Part shown: piece after piece, positions 46,849-57,068 of the stretch
How the letters are laid out: every line of letters begins with the position of its first letter
Position numbering within the stretch: the first letter of the stretch is position 1
Virus record (IMG/VR): IMGVR_UViG_3300022842_000007
Coordinates: 28,111 to 92,110 of that record
Reading direction: 5' to 3' (one strand)
From: a virus
Length of the DNA: 64,000 nt
Position numbers and translations under genes: made by a program
The notes under the pieces: model-generated
What the model was told of the DNA's origin: nothing
The model's database searches: none
Seen by the model: the letters and a program-made list of their open reading frames with translations, nothing else

Positions 46849-49320
46849 ATGGATTTTAAAAATATATTAACTACATTGGGCGAGATCACAGAGACTGCAC
46901 CAATAGAAAACCCTAAAGTCTCACCACCCACTACAAAAGAAGTATTAAATGAGTCCGCACCTGTTGCCACTTCACGTGCTTACACAGGTCCTTCATTGAA
47001 GGATGTCTTCACAGATTTAATGGAAGCAGATATTTCATTAGAGCCAGTTCAATCAGGTGCACAAACAATTAAATCAGACGGAGAAGCAGTTGGTGTAGCA
47101 CATACACCCCAAGCCGCAACTCAAATGAAAGCCTCATTAGAAAACGGCGAGATCACATTTAATGGCGACAGTGATACTGGAATGAACGAAGACTGCACAG
47201 ATGAACAAATACAAGAAGCAGAAGATTGGATTGACGGCGCAGTTAAGAAGCCTGGCGCATTTAGAGCCCAAGCAGAAAACGCAGGAATGTCTACAGCGGC
47301 ATTTGCTAAATATGTTCTGGCCCACAAAGACAAATTCAATGCTAAAACAGAAAAACGAGCAAATCTTGCAAAAACATTTAGTAAGATGGCATCAGAAGGT
47401 GATGGATCTGGATCTACAGGTGGACAATCTCCACTAACTTACGTTGAGAGCAAATCTCCGAAATTGCCTTCTTTGTCACGTGTTAAATCAATGTGCAACG
47501 AAGGACTGACTGTATCCAGTATATTACAACTGCACTCAAGGTGCAACCAAAAAGAACTAAAAACTATGATTAATAAAACCAAAACACAATTAAAAGAAGG
47601 CGCTGATCACATTCTTAAGGCCGCAAAGCACATGGGTAAATCTCATGGTCTATGTAAAGGTGGATATTCGTGTCCACATGATGAAGGTTCTGAAGGACAT
47701 AGAGCATACCATGAAGGTTATGTAGAAGGACTTGATGAATGCATGGGCATTCGCAATGAACCAGTAGTAGGCCTTGTTAAAGAAGAACCACCAATCGTAG
47801 ACACTATGGCATCTTACGGTGCAATGGGCGAAGCAGAAACTTCACCAGACGGAAACGTCGGTGCTGATGATTCCGGCGCATATGACAAGTATGACTGGAA
47901 TGCAGAGACAGTAGCACGTAAAGGAATTGCTGAAGAAGATGATGCTTGGACTTTTGAATCATTTGAAAGCGATTTAGATGCATTGTTAAATGAAGACAAA
48001 GTAGATGAAGGTGTTACGATCTCTATCACTCAAGGTGAAGGAGAGGAAGACAGAGTTAGTGTTAACGCAACTGATGCTGAAGCAGATAGCTTACTTAAAT
48101 TTGTTAAAGACGTTGGGTTAGGCAACTACGGTGATGCAGAAGTCGAGGCAGACGCTATAGAGCCAGGCGAGGTATCATTTTATGGTTCACCAGATGCTCC
48201 AGCAGAAGAAATGGGTTCACATGATGACATGCTTAAATTGATGGGTATTATGGACTTGGGAGACGAGATAGAAGATCCTGCTACAGGCACCGAATATGAT
48301 ACTAATGATTTCGAAGACGAAGTTGACGTAGAAGTAATTGACGGTGATACAGAAGAATGCTGTGAAGGTTGCGGAAACAAACTAAGCGAAGGTTGTGGTT
48401 GTGATAAAACGGATGAAGGCGCTAATATGGCCGCTCAATACGGACCAGACTCTGGTGCAGATAACTCATCAAACGATGAGAAAGGCAACGCCGCGGCAAA
48501 CGCCGCATTGGCATCAAATGATGCTGACACTCCTCAGCTAGTTAAAGAAAAAGAATCTGGTGTCGAAATAGATGCCAACGATGTTAAACCTGAGTCAGAC
48601 GATATGCACGAAGATCAAGGTTATAATGACGAGGAAGATGAGTCATTGGGTATGAGAGATGGCAGAGCTTCTCATAAAGACGATAATTATCATTCACGTA
48701 GAGATCAGTCTAGGGGTGATTACGGGAACAGGGACGCCGGTTCTATTATGAAAGAGATGTTAAACATGCTATCAGAAGTTGGTGCAGAATCTTCAGAAGA
48801 ACCAGAGCAACCACTTTCCCAACACGATGATCCAGGTTTATTAACAGCAGAAAGCGCAGAAGATGCACCAGCTGATGATCTTCAAGGTGATACAGAGGAA
48901 CTAGCAGAGACTGAAACTGATGATCAAAGAGAATTCAAAGTTGCAGAAGGTAAATTACCTGCAGGACTACAAGCATATCAAGATAAAAAGAACGGCAAGA
49001 AAGATGATAGTGCTGAGGAAGAGACAGATGAAGATAAGGAAGTCGATGAAGATAAGGAAGAAGAATTGAATGAATGGGCCAATGATGCTGGTAAAAATGG
49101 CACAGAAACATCATTCGAACAAGACATCGACTTTATGACTAATGTAATCTCTGGTGGACTTAACAAGCAGAAATCAACAGGGCAAGCAACAGTCCCAGTC
49201 ATTGCGGATCAAAAAGATCGCACTGGTTACAATGGTTCAGATTTAGTTAAAGAAGGGTCTATCATGTCACATGATGGTTTAGCAGGCTTAATGCTCAAAA
49301 TGGACGAACTAAGTAAATAA
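46849..49320 (+). CDS. Very acidic prohead core/internal polyprotein
   Basis: 823 aa, E/D-rich, many (L/I/V)xE sites, embedded basic and Cys-rich modules. Confidence 0.6.
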   Translation: MDFKNILTTLGEITETAPIENPKVSPPTTKEVLNESAPVATSRAYTGPSLKDVFTDLMEADISLEPVQSGAQTIKSDGEAVGVAHTPQAATQMKASLENGEITFNGDSDTGMNEDCTDEQIQEAEDWIDGAVKKPGAFRAQAENAGMSTAAFAKYVLAHKDKFNAKTEKRANLAKTFSKMASEGDGSGSTGGQSPLTYVESKSPKLPSLSRVKSMCNEGLTVSSILQLHSRCNQKELKTMINKTKTQLKEGADHILKAAKHMGKSHGLCKGGYSCPHDEGSEGHRAYHEGYVEGLDECMGIRNEPVVGLVKEEPPIVDTMASYGAMGEAETSPDGNVGADDSGAYDKYDWNAETVARKGIAEEDDAWTFESFESDLDALLNEDKVDEGVTISITQGEGEEDRVSVNATDAEADSLLKFVKDVGLGNYGDAEVEADAIEPGEVSFYGSPDAPAEEMGSHDDMLKLMGIMDLGDEIEDPATGTEYDTNDFEDEVDVEVIDGDTEECCEGCGNKLSEGCGCDKTDEGANMAAQYGPDSGADNSSNDEKGNAAANAALASNDADTPQLVKEKESGVEIDANDVKPESDDMHEDQGYNDEEDESLGMRDGRASHKDDNYHSRRDQSRGDYGNRDAGSIMKEMLNMLSEVGAESSEEPEQPLSQHDDPGLLTAESAEDAPADDLQGDTEELAETETDDQREFKVAEGKLPAGLQAYQDKKNGKKDDSAEEETDEDKEVDEDKEEELNEWANDAGKNGTETSFEQDIDFMTNVISGGLNKQKSTGQATVPVIADQKDRTGYNGSDLVKEGSIMSHDGLAGLMLKMDELSK

Positions 49321-49347
49321 ATAATAAGAAACGTAGTTACACGCTTC

Positions 49348-49376
49348 AAATACCCGGCTAAGTCGGGTATTTTTTT
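49348..49376 (+). terminator. Rho-independent terminator
   Basis: AAATACCCGGC-TAA-GTCGGGTATTT-TTTT. Confidence 0.8.
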
Positions 49377-49429
49377 GGATCGATGATATGGATGGGAATG
49401 ATAAATACTACTATTAGGAACTAATCCAT

Positions 49430-52400
49430 ATGGCACAAAGAAATATTGACTTCGGCGCATTCCCAGACGATCCAGATGCAGATGCGATACGCTCGGCATT
49501 CGAAAAAGTACAATTAAATTTTACAGAAGTATTTGCGGGTCTAGGTGATCAAGCAGTTGTCTCTGTCAATAAAACAGCGGGCGCAGGTGTAACAGTAAAT
49601 CAATCTACTGGTAACGTAGTTGTTACTGCCAACCTCGCATGTGTGCAGATGACCACCACTACATTACAATTAGGGCAATCTGGTCCTGGTAATGGTGTAG
49701 CTGGCGGTACTATTATACTTAATGCTTCTACCCAACAAGCAACGATTGATTTACCAACAAACATTGTTACAGGTCTAGTAAATCTGACTGCGACAGGAAA
49801 TGTCACTGGTGGCAATGTCAATGCGACTTCTGGTGGTGGTAATTTTCAATGGGTTAAGGGTGATGGAGCAAATTTAACAAATATCGTAGCGTTAGTAGCA
49901 CAAACCGTATCAAACGCGGCACAGCCAAATATTACATCAGTGGGAACATTATCTGGATTAGCAGTAACAGGCAATATTACTTCGGGTAATGTAGCAGGTA
50001 CAGGTGGGGTATTCACGTATTTCTCGGGAGATGGCGCAAATTTAAGTTTTATTGCAGGTGGTAACGTAACAGGTACTGTACCATTTGCAACAACAGCGAA
50101 CGCAGTATCAGGGGCTAATGTCTCAGGTGAAGTAGATTTTGCTCAAGTAGCAAATGCAGTAGCAGGCGCAAATGTCTCGGGTACTGTTCCTTTAGCGACA
50201 TCGGCCACGACAGCAGGCACAGTAACAACTGCCGCACAACCAAATATTACATCAACGGGTACACTCACTGTATTAAATTCAAGTGGCACGATAACTGCTC
50301 CTGCATTTACAGCGAACACTGGTATCTTTACTGGTGATGGTGCGGGCTTAACCAATGTTACTGGCGCAAACGTCTCAGGCGCTGTTCCGTTTGCAGGAAC
50401 AGCAAATGCAGTAGCAGGCGCAAATGTCTCGGGTGAAGTTGATTTTGCACAAGTAGCAAACGCAGTAGCAGGGGCAAATGTCTCAGGTGAAGTAACCTTC
50501 GCCGCAACAGCAAATGCAGTAGCAGGCGCAAATGTAACAGGTACTGTTTCTTTAGCATCTTTGGCAACGTTCGCAACCACAGCAAATGCAGTAGCAGGAG
50601 CTAATGTCTCAGGTACAGTCCCAGTAGCGACAAGTGCTACATCAGCAAACGCAGTAGCAGGAGCAAATGTCTCAGGTACTGTTCCATTAGCAACTACAGC
50701 AGGTACTGTAACAACTGCGGCTCAGCCAAATATTACTTCTGTAGGTACTTTAACCGCATTAACTGTGACAGCAGATATTGTTGGTAGTGTTACGGGTAGC
50801 GCGGCTACTATAACAACGGCCGCACAACCAAATATTACTTCTGTAGGTACATTATCTACACTAGCAGTTACTGGAAATATTGCATCAGGTAATGTTGCAG
50901 GCACAGGTGGAGTATTCACGTATGTCTCGGGAGATGGAGCGAACTTAACAAACCTCTCAGTATCAGCAGGATCAAGCATTGTCAATGGATCTAGTAACGC
51001 AACAGTTGATGCTAGTGGTGCATTCAGAGTTTCGACTGGTGGAACAGCAAATTTATTAGTAGTACAAGATACAGGTGTAACAGCAATAGTAACAGGTTCT
51101 ATGTCAGTAACAGGTGGATTAGAAGCCATAAACTTTAATAGTACATCAAACTTAGGCCCAGTAGCTAATGTAACAATCACTGGTGGAACCAGTGGTGGCT
51201 TCTTAAAGACAAATGGTTCAGGTACCTTATCGTTCGACACTGCAACACTAGTTCCAGCACAAGGTGCAGACACACAGATCATATTTAATGATGGTGGCTC
51301 TACATATGCTGGTAACACAGGCTTTACGTTTAATAAAGCATCTGGTGATGTTGCTGTCCCAGGTAATATCAATGTACCTGCAGGAAAGAATATAGTAGCA
51401 GGTGGCAATGTTAATGCTACTTTACTCGGTGGAGCTTTATCAACTGCCGCACAACCTAACATTACATCAGTGGGTACATTGACATCATTGATTTTAGGCG
51501 GTGCATTTAACACAAACAGCAATATCATTACTAACGCTGGTAATATCGAAATATCTAGCGGCTCGGGAACATTCAAAGGTAATGGCGGTGGATTAACAAA
51601 TTTACCAGGTGCTAACGTATCAGGTGCTGTCCCATTAGCAACAAGTGCTACATCAGCGAACGCAGTAGCAGGTGCCAATGTCTCAGGTGAAGTTGATTTT
51701 GCACAAGTAGCAAACGCAGTAGCAGGTGCCAATGTCTCAGGTACAGTCGCACTAGCAACTACAGCAACTACCGCAAGTACAGCGAACGCAGTAGCAGGTG
51801 GTAACGTATCAGGTGCAGTCGCATTAGCATCAAGTGCTACATCAGCAAACGCAGTAGCAGGGGCAAATGTCTCAGGTGCAGTCGCATTAGCATCAAGTGC
51901 TACATCAGCAAACGCAGTAGCAGGTGGTAACGTATCAGGTGCAGTAAGTTTCGCAACAACAGCAAACGCAGTAGCAGGTGGTAACGTATCAGGTGCAGTA
52001 AGTTTCGCAAGTACAGCGAACGCAGTAGCGGGTGCCAACGTATCTGGTCAAGTAGCAAATTCACTTGTCTCAGGTACGGTATATACAGCGGCACAACCCA
52101 ACGTTACATCAGTTGGTACATTGCTGTTGCATTCAAATACCGATACTGTCTCGGCCGCCGGAACGACACAAGGCGATGCAACACAATTAACAACTGAGAT
52201 AAACAGAGTTACAACTGTCGGTGCAAGTTCAGGTGTTAAACTACCGAATGCTGTCGGTGGATTAATAATTTTTATTACTAATACATCAGCAACTACATTG
52301 GCAGTATATCCTAACACGAGCGATATAATTAATTCACTCGGTACTAACGCATCGTACTCGCATCCTGCAGGCGGAACATTACAGTATATCTGTACCAACG

Positions 52401-52438
52401 CTACAAATTGGTATACTGTAGGCGCGACATATGCATAA
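49430..52438 (+). CDS. Long tail fibre-like protein
   Basis: IDFGAFPDD..AD.IR.AF.K...NF.E baseplate-anchor N-terminus; ANAVAGANVSG and TAAQPNITSVG repeats; late promoter 49400-49407. Confidence 0.8.
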   Translation: MAQRNIDFGAFPDDPDADAIRSAFEKVQLNFTEVFAGLGDQAVVSVNKTAGAGVTVNQSTGNVVVTANLACVQMTTTTLQLGQSGPGNGVAGGTIILNASTQQATIDLPTNIVTGLVNLTATGNVTGGNVNATSGGGNFQWVKGDGANLTNIVALVAQTVSNAAQPNITSVGTLSGLAVTGNITSGNVAGTGGVFTYFSGDGANLSFIAGGNVTGTVPFATTANAVSGANVSGEVDFAQVANAVAGANVSGTVPLATSATTAGTVTTAAQPNITSTGTLTVLNSSGTITAPAFTANTGIFTGDGAGLTNVTGANVSGAVPFAGTANAVAGANVSGEVDFAQVANAVAGANVSGEVTFAATANAVAGANVTGTVSLASLATFATTANAVAGANVSGTVPVATSATSANAVAGANVSGTVPLATTAGTVTTAAQPNITSVGTLTALTVTADIVGSVTGSAATITTAAQPNITSVGTLSTLAVTGNIASGNVAGTGGVFTYVSGDGANLTNLSVSAGSSIVNGSSNATVDASGAFRVSTGGTANLLVVQDTGVTAIVTGSMSVTGGLEAINFNSTSNLGPVANVTITGGTSGGFLKTNGSGTLSFDTATLVPAQGADTQIIFNDGGSTYAGNTGFTFNKASGDVAVPGNINVPAGKNIVAGGNVNATLLGGALSTAAQPNITSVGTLTSLILGGAFNTNSNIITNAGNIEISSGSGTFKGNGGGLTNLPGANVSGAVPLATSATSANAVAGANVSGEVDFAQVANAVAGANVSGTVALATTATTASTANAVAGGNVSGAVALASSATSANAVAGANVSGAVALASSATSANAVAGGNVSGAVSFATTANAVAGGNVSGAVSFASTANAVAGANVSGQVANSLVSGTVYTAAQPNVTSVGTLLLHSNTDTVSAAGTTQGDATQLTTEINRVTTVGASSGVKLPNAVGGLIIFITNTSATTLAVYPNTSDIINSLGTNASYSHPAGGTLQYICTNATNWYTVGATYA
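50040..52050 (+). repeat. Two blocks of coding ANAVAG[A/G]NVSG repeats (about 50040-50700 and 51600-52050)
   Basis: Many near-identical gcaaa(t/c)gcagtagcagg units. Confidence 0.85.
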
Positions 52439-52467
52439 TGTTTTGCATATTTAGAAGGAAAAAGCAA

Positions 52468-52929
52468 ATGAAATTAAGTAACAATTTCACAGTAGCAGAG
52501 TTTATCAAAAGCCAAACTGCATTACGTCATGATTTGGATAATAGCATGTCCGAAGAACATTTCGAAAATGCAAAATTACTATGTGAAAATGTAATACAAT
52601 TAGTTAGGGATCATTTTGGCCCTACAACGATTTCCAGTGGATATCGCGGCACCGCTCTTAATAAAAAAGTAGGTGGAAGCAGTAAATCACAGCATTGTGA
52701 GGGGAAAGCGGCCGATACTGAAGTGGCTGGCGTGACTAATTATGAACTTGCGAAATGGATAGAAGAGAATTGTGAATTTGATCAACTTATTTTAGAGTTT
52801 TATACTCCTGGCATCCCCGATTCAGGATGGGTGCATGTTTCATATAATAAAGACGGAAACAGAAAAGAAACATTGACTGCATCCAGAATAAATAAAAAAA
52901 CTCATTACTCATATGGATTACAAAAATGA
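52468..52929 (+). CDS. Peptidase M15A (Zn-dependent), probable endolysin
   Basis: LSNNFT..EF, SSGYR, SQHCEGKAAD, WVHVSY; AAGGA RBS before ATG 52468. Confidence 0.88.
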   Translation: MKLSNNFTVAEFIKSQTALRHDLDNSMSEEHFENAKLLCENVIQLVRDHFGPTTISSGYRGTALNKKVGGSSKSQHCEGKAADTEVAGVTNYELAKWIEENCEFDQLILEFYTPGIPDSGWVHVSYNKDGNRKETLTASRINKKTHYSYGLQK

Positions 52930-55469
52930 GCCATGGTCCAGACTGGACAACCCCTGCAGGGACAATAGGAACGTATCCATCTCAAGTTGAGATGTCATTT
53001 ACATTTTCTGCGACTGCAATTTCCCCAGGTACAGCAGTTACATATACTGTCTTAAGTGGCAGTATACCTAGCGGTCTCGTACTAAACACAACTACTGGTG
53101 TATTATCAGGAGTACCATCTACCATTGGTGGTGATACCGTGTATAATTTTGCTATTAGAGCATCTGACAATCAAGTAGGTACAGATCAAACAATAGCAGA
53201 CAGAACATTTAGCGTAGAAATTAGTGGTGTTGCGGCACCTACCTTTACTACGCCAACAGGCACAATTTTAAATACGAACGACAGTGTTTGGAGAGAAATC
53301 CAAATTGAAATTTCTAATCCAGTTACTACTAATGCATATTCTATTAGAGTAGCACAAGGAAAATTGCCGCCTGGACTTGAGATAAACACTCAAGGATTAA
53401 TAAGAGGCTATGCTGATGCACCTATCATTAATGTTAACTATCCTTTAGTGACAACATCAGCATTGGCTATATCTTCAAACATTATACAAGTACTAAGCAC
53501 GACTGGATTTATACTAGAAAGACCTATTAACTTCTCGGGAACAGTCTATGGAGACATTGTTGCTGGTAGAACGTATTTTATTAAAACTATCATAGATGCA
53601 ACAACTTTTACTATATCAGACTCTAGGGGTGGAAGTGAAGTTGTACTGGTTGACGCTGTTGGTAATATGACGGCATCACTACCACAAATTCAAGTTGGTC
53701 AACCAACTGTTCAAACTTATAGCTTTACATTAGGACTTGATTCATTGTTGGGGACGGCAATCGAATCATACATTATCGTGGTTGCCAATCAAAATGCATC
53801 GTCAAGTGAAGGTGGTCCTGGATATCCAGGCAACAGCAGAACACCAACAATCTTTAACACTCGACCTGCAACATTTGACGTAGGTAAAAATGATCCTACT
53901 AATTATGGATATTATGTTTTCCCTAACGACAACGAGAATACCACATATTTACCAGCCCAGCCAGCAGATATTGGACAGTATCAAAGTGGGGAGTATTTTG
54001 CTTTTAAAATGTTGGGAAAAGATTTTGATGGTGACGCATTAACATATCTATACGCAGATTTACCCTTGGGAATAGTCGGAGATCCAGTTACTGGATGGAT
54101 TACTGGATATCCCACGATTGCTGAAGGCATAAGTGAATTTTCTTTTTCTGTGAATGTCAGAAAGTCAAGTTTTACTAATGTATCTAGTACAACATTTAAT
54201 TATAGCATGCGTGTTACTAACGGTATACTCGGTACAGTGACGTGGATCACGCCTACTGCATTAGGCACTATGTTTAATAGCCAAACATCTGTATTAGCAG
54301 TGAGTGCAACAGCAGACGTGGACCTATCTTTCAGAGTAACTAGTGGCGCACTCCCATCTAATTTAGTATTACTAGATAGTGGTGAAATATCTGGTATCGT
54401 CGCTTATCAACCAACTGTTGGTATTCTTCCAGCTAATGCAGAGACATCGTTTGACTTTACAATTGAAGCATACTCACCTATCTACCCAATAGTTCATTCT
54501 ACTAAAGAATTTACACTTGAAATCAAGCAAGAGTTTTCCCAACCAACAGACACATTATATATTAAATGCGTTCCATCAATCGCGGATAGAAATATTATCA
54601 ACCAATTGTTAACAAGTACCACGATCATTCCATCAGCAGACTTGTATAGAGCAGAAGATGTGAATTTTGGAAAATCGACTAGTATTGTATACGAACATGC
54701 ATATGGCATTTATGCGAGTGACTTTGATGAATATGTAATAGCATTAGAAAAGAATCATTACTGGAGAAACATTACTCTCGGTGAGATAAAGACAGCAGTT
54801 GCAAAAAACAATGCCGGTGATGTAGTCTATGAAGTTGTTTATTCACAAGTACAAGACAATTTAGTTAATCCTAAGGGAAAAAGTGTTAGCAAAACGATTA
54901 CGTGGCCCAGAGACATTCCGATAAACTTAGGAAACTGGTACACCAGTGCCACTGACATTTATTCCAGCTATGTTGGAGAAGGGACAGTAGCTGGTCAACC
55001 AGCATACTTTACATCATTAACACCAGGATTTGCCAGAACACTGTATCCAAATAGTTTAGACAACATGAGGGCACAGACAGGTGATGTGTTAGGACAGGAA
55101 TATGACTTTAGATTGTTGCCTGCTTGGATGACATCTCAGCAACCAAATGGCTCAACATTAGGGTATACTCCTGCTTGGGTCATAGCATACTGTCAGCCTG
55201 GAACATCAGCCCAGATTAAAACGAATGTAGAAACACTCTGGGTTGATCCTATAGGAAACCCATACACATTAAACACGATTAATTTTGAATTAGACAGGAT
55301 AACGGTTGATAAATCTATTACTTACGACTATGATAATAATGTAGTACCTCCTGCATGGACAGGTTTACCAAGTGCATCGCCTCCTCCGTCCCCAACAGAT
55401 TCTAAAGATTTCCATGTGTTGTTTCCAAGAAAAACCATCTTACCAGACGAGAAAAATGTATCTGGTTAA
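52926..55469 (+). CDS. Baseplate/virion protein with cadherin/Ig-like repeats
   Basis: Repeated SG.LP.GL.L...G.I.G motifs; ATGA coupling. Confidence 0.75.
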   Translation: MSHGPDWTTPAGTIGTYPSQVEMSFTFSATAISPGTAVTYTVLSGSIPSGLVLNTTTGVLSGVPSTIGGDTVYNFAIRASDNQVGTDQTIADRTFSVEISGVAAPTFTTPTGTILNTNDSVWREIQIEISNPVTTNAYSIRVAQGKLPPGLEINTQGLIRGYADAPIINVNYPLVTTSALAISSNIIQVLSTTGFILERPINFSGTVYGDIVAGRTYFIKTIIDATTFTISDSRGGSEVVLVDAVGNMTASLPQIQVGQPTVQTYSFTLGLDSLLGTAIESYIIVVANQNASSSEGGPGYPGNSRTPTIFNTRPATFDVGKNDPTNYGYYVFPNDNENTTYLPAQPADIGQYQSGEYFAFKMLGKDFDGDALTYLYADLPLGIVGDPVTGWITGYPTIAEGISEFSFSVNVRKSSFTNVSSTTFNYSMRVTNGILGTVTWITPTALGTMFNSQTSVLAVSATADVDLSFRVTSGALPSNLVLLDSGEISGIVAYQPTVGILPANAETSFDFTIEAYSPIYPIVHSTKEFTLEIKQEFSQPTDTLYIKCVPSIADRNIINQLLTSTTIIPSADLYRAEDVNFGKSTSIVYEHAYGIYASDFDEYVIALEKNHYWRNITLGEIKTAVAKNNAGDVVYEVVYSQVQDNLVNPKGKSVSKTITWPRDIPINLGNWYTSATDIYSSYVGEGTVAGQPAYFTSLTPGFARTLYPNSLDNMRAQTGDVLGQEYDFRLLPAWMTSQQPNGSTLGYTPAWVIAYCQPGTSAQIKTNVETLWVDPIGNPYTLNTINFELDRITVDKSITYDYDNNVVPPAWTGLPSASPPPSPTDSKDFHVLFPRKTILPDEKNVSG

Positions 55470-55511
55470 TTTGAGTTGATAAATAAGTATAGCAGAGAGA
55501 ACTAATAAATT

Positions 55512-56813
55512 ATGAGCACGATCAATACAAACGGCATCGATGTTAATTATCCAAAACCTGGAGTGAACAACTCGACGCAGGGATTCAGAGATAATACAAC
55601 TGCTATTAAGAATAATCTTAATACGGCTGGAATAGAAATCACGGACTTACAAGAGAAGGTTGTTGTTAAAGCAGGCTTGGTAGGAATACCTATCAATAAT
55701 GACATGGCCAATACTCTTATTAGCAATGCGGCAATCAGATCGTTTCGTTCTACCACATACAATCTAGGAAATTCTATTGCAGGCACAATTGTAATTGATG
55801 CTACCTTAGGTGATGTGCAATATGGCACAATCACAGGCAACACTACCCTGCAACTAGCAGGTTGGGCACCAACTAATACTCAAAGTAAAATAGAATTAGA
55901 TTTAACGATAGCAAATACCGAAGCATATATTATTTTTCCAGGCACAGTAACTGGTAGTGATGTGATCATTGAAAATAATACAACTGTTGGTGGAAACCTA
56001 GCAATTACTGCACCGTACAATGTTACTAATCTACAATATTCATTAGTTACGACTGATTGTGGCAACTCGGTTACCATCGAACCTCTTAATAGACCCTATC
56101 AAACATCTCAAGTAGAAGTCAGAAATGTAATTACACCAACAGGTTATCAAGGTGATGTCAACGGAGACATCGCATTAGCACCAAAAATACAGCCAGTCTT
56201 AGTGACTGCCACGACAACATCATCTAATATCTTAACAACTGCATCAACAGAAGGTTTCTATCTAGGTATGCCAATTCAATTTTATGGAGTTGTGTTCGGT
56301 AACATCGTTGCAGGAACTATATATTATGTCCGAACAATAGTTGCAAACACTTCATTTACAGTTAGTGCATCAGAAGGCGGCGCAGACTTTGCTTTAGTCA
56401 CGGCCTCTGGGACAATGCAAGGCGCTCCCACAGTATACGTCTATCTATGCGTAGGCGCGTTTGATAGTAGTGTCACGACTGCAAACGTATATTCATCTGA
56501 TGCAACAACCGATAGAATAGAGTTTGCTACCACTGTATCGAACATTGCAAGTTATGGTCTTAATCAACCAATCGTATTTACAGGTGCAAATATCACAACT
56601 ACAGGTCTGTTAACAAATACTGCTTATTACATAAAAACGGTAAATGTAGGAGCAAATACAGAAATAACAGTAAGTCGCTCACGTGCCAATGGTATTGCAG
56701 GAACAACAGAGGAATTAACTACTGTCGCAGGTGGCTCGATAGCTTCTGTTACTGGAACTGCATACACTCAAGGCAATGATATTTGGAAACGAACAAATTT
56801 GGTTTCCTTTTAA
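55512..56813 (+). CDS. Virion structural (fibre/baseplate-associated) protein
   Basis: YP.PGVNN.TQGFRDN N-terminus; beta modules; IWKR end; late promoter 55478-55485. Confidence 0.7.
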   Translation: MSTINTNGIDVNYPKPGVNNSTQGFRDNTTAIKNNLNTAGIEITDLQEKVVVKAGLVGIPINNDMANTLISNAAIRSFRSTTYNLGNSIAGTIVIDATLGDVQYGTITGNTTLQLAGWAPTNTQSKIELDLTIANTEAYIIFPGTVTGSDVIIENNTTVGGNLAITAPYNVTNLQYSLVTTDCGNSVTIEPLNRPYQTSQVEVRNVITPTGYQGDVNGDIALAPKIQPVLVTATTTSSNILTTASTEGFYLGMPIQFYGVVFGNIVAGTIYYVRTIVANTSFTVSASEGGADFALVTASGTMQGAPTVYVYLCVGAFDSSVTTANVYSSDATTDRIEFATTVSNIASYGLNQPIVFTGANITTTGLLTNTAYYIKTVNVGANTEITVSRSRANGIAGTTEELTTVAGGSIASVTGTAYTQGNDIWKRTNLVSF

Positions 56814-56822
56814 GGAGGCGTT

Positions 56823-57068
56823 ATGACAATACCACATCCTTTTGTCAGTGATTTATCTGATAAAAGCGTAGAAGAGTTGCAAGAAACTCTGAGTCAACTC
56901 ACCAATAAAATTACTATTGCTTATAGCATGGGCAACCAACCACTCATACATCAATTGACCATGGCCATAGTCAGCTACAAAGAAGAACATAGAAAACAAT
57001 TAGATGTTTTGTTTGGTGAGAAAGATTTAGCAGACAACATAAAGGTAGAGGGGGATAACAAACAGTGA
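56823..57068 (+). CDS. Hypothetical helical protein
   Basis: AAGGAGG RBS. Confidence 0.75.
   Translation: MTIPHPFVSDLSDKSVEELQETLSQLTNKITIAYSMGNQPLIHQLTMAIVSYKEEHRKQLDVLFGEKDLADNIKVEGDNKQ

Noticed and set aside
49430-52438. Regular repeats as a CRISPR array
   Set aside because: The units are in-frame, degenerate at third codon positions and encode a fibre repeat; there are no unique spacers or cas operon.
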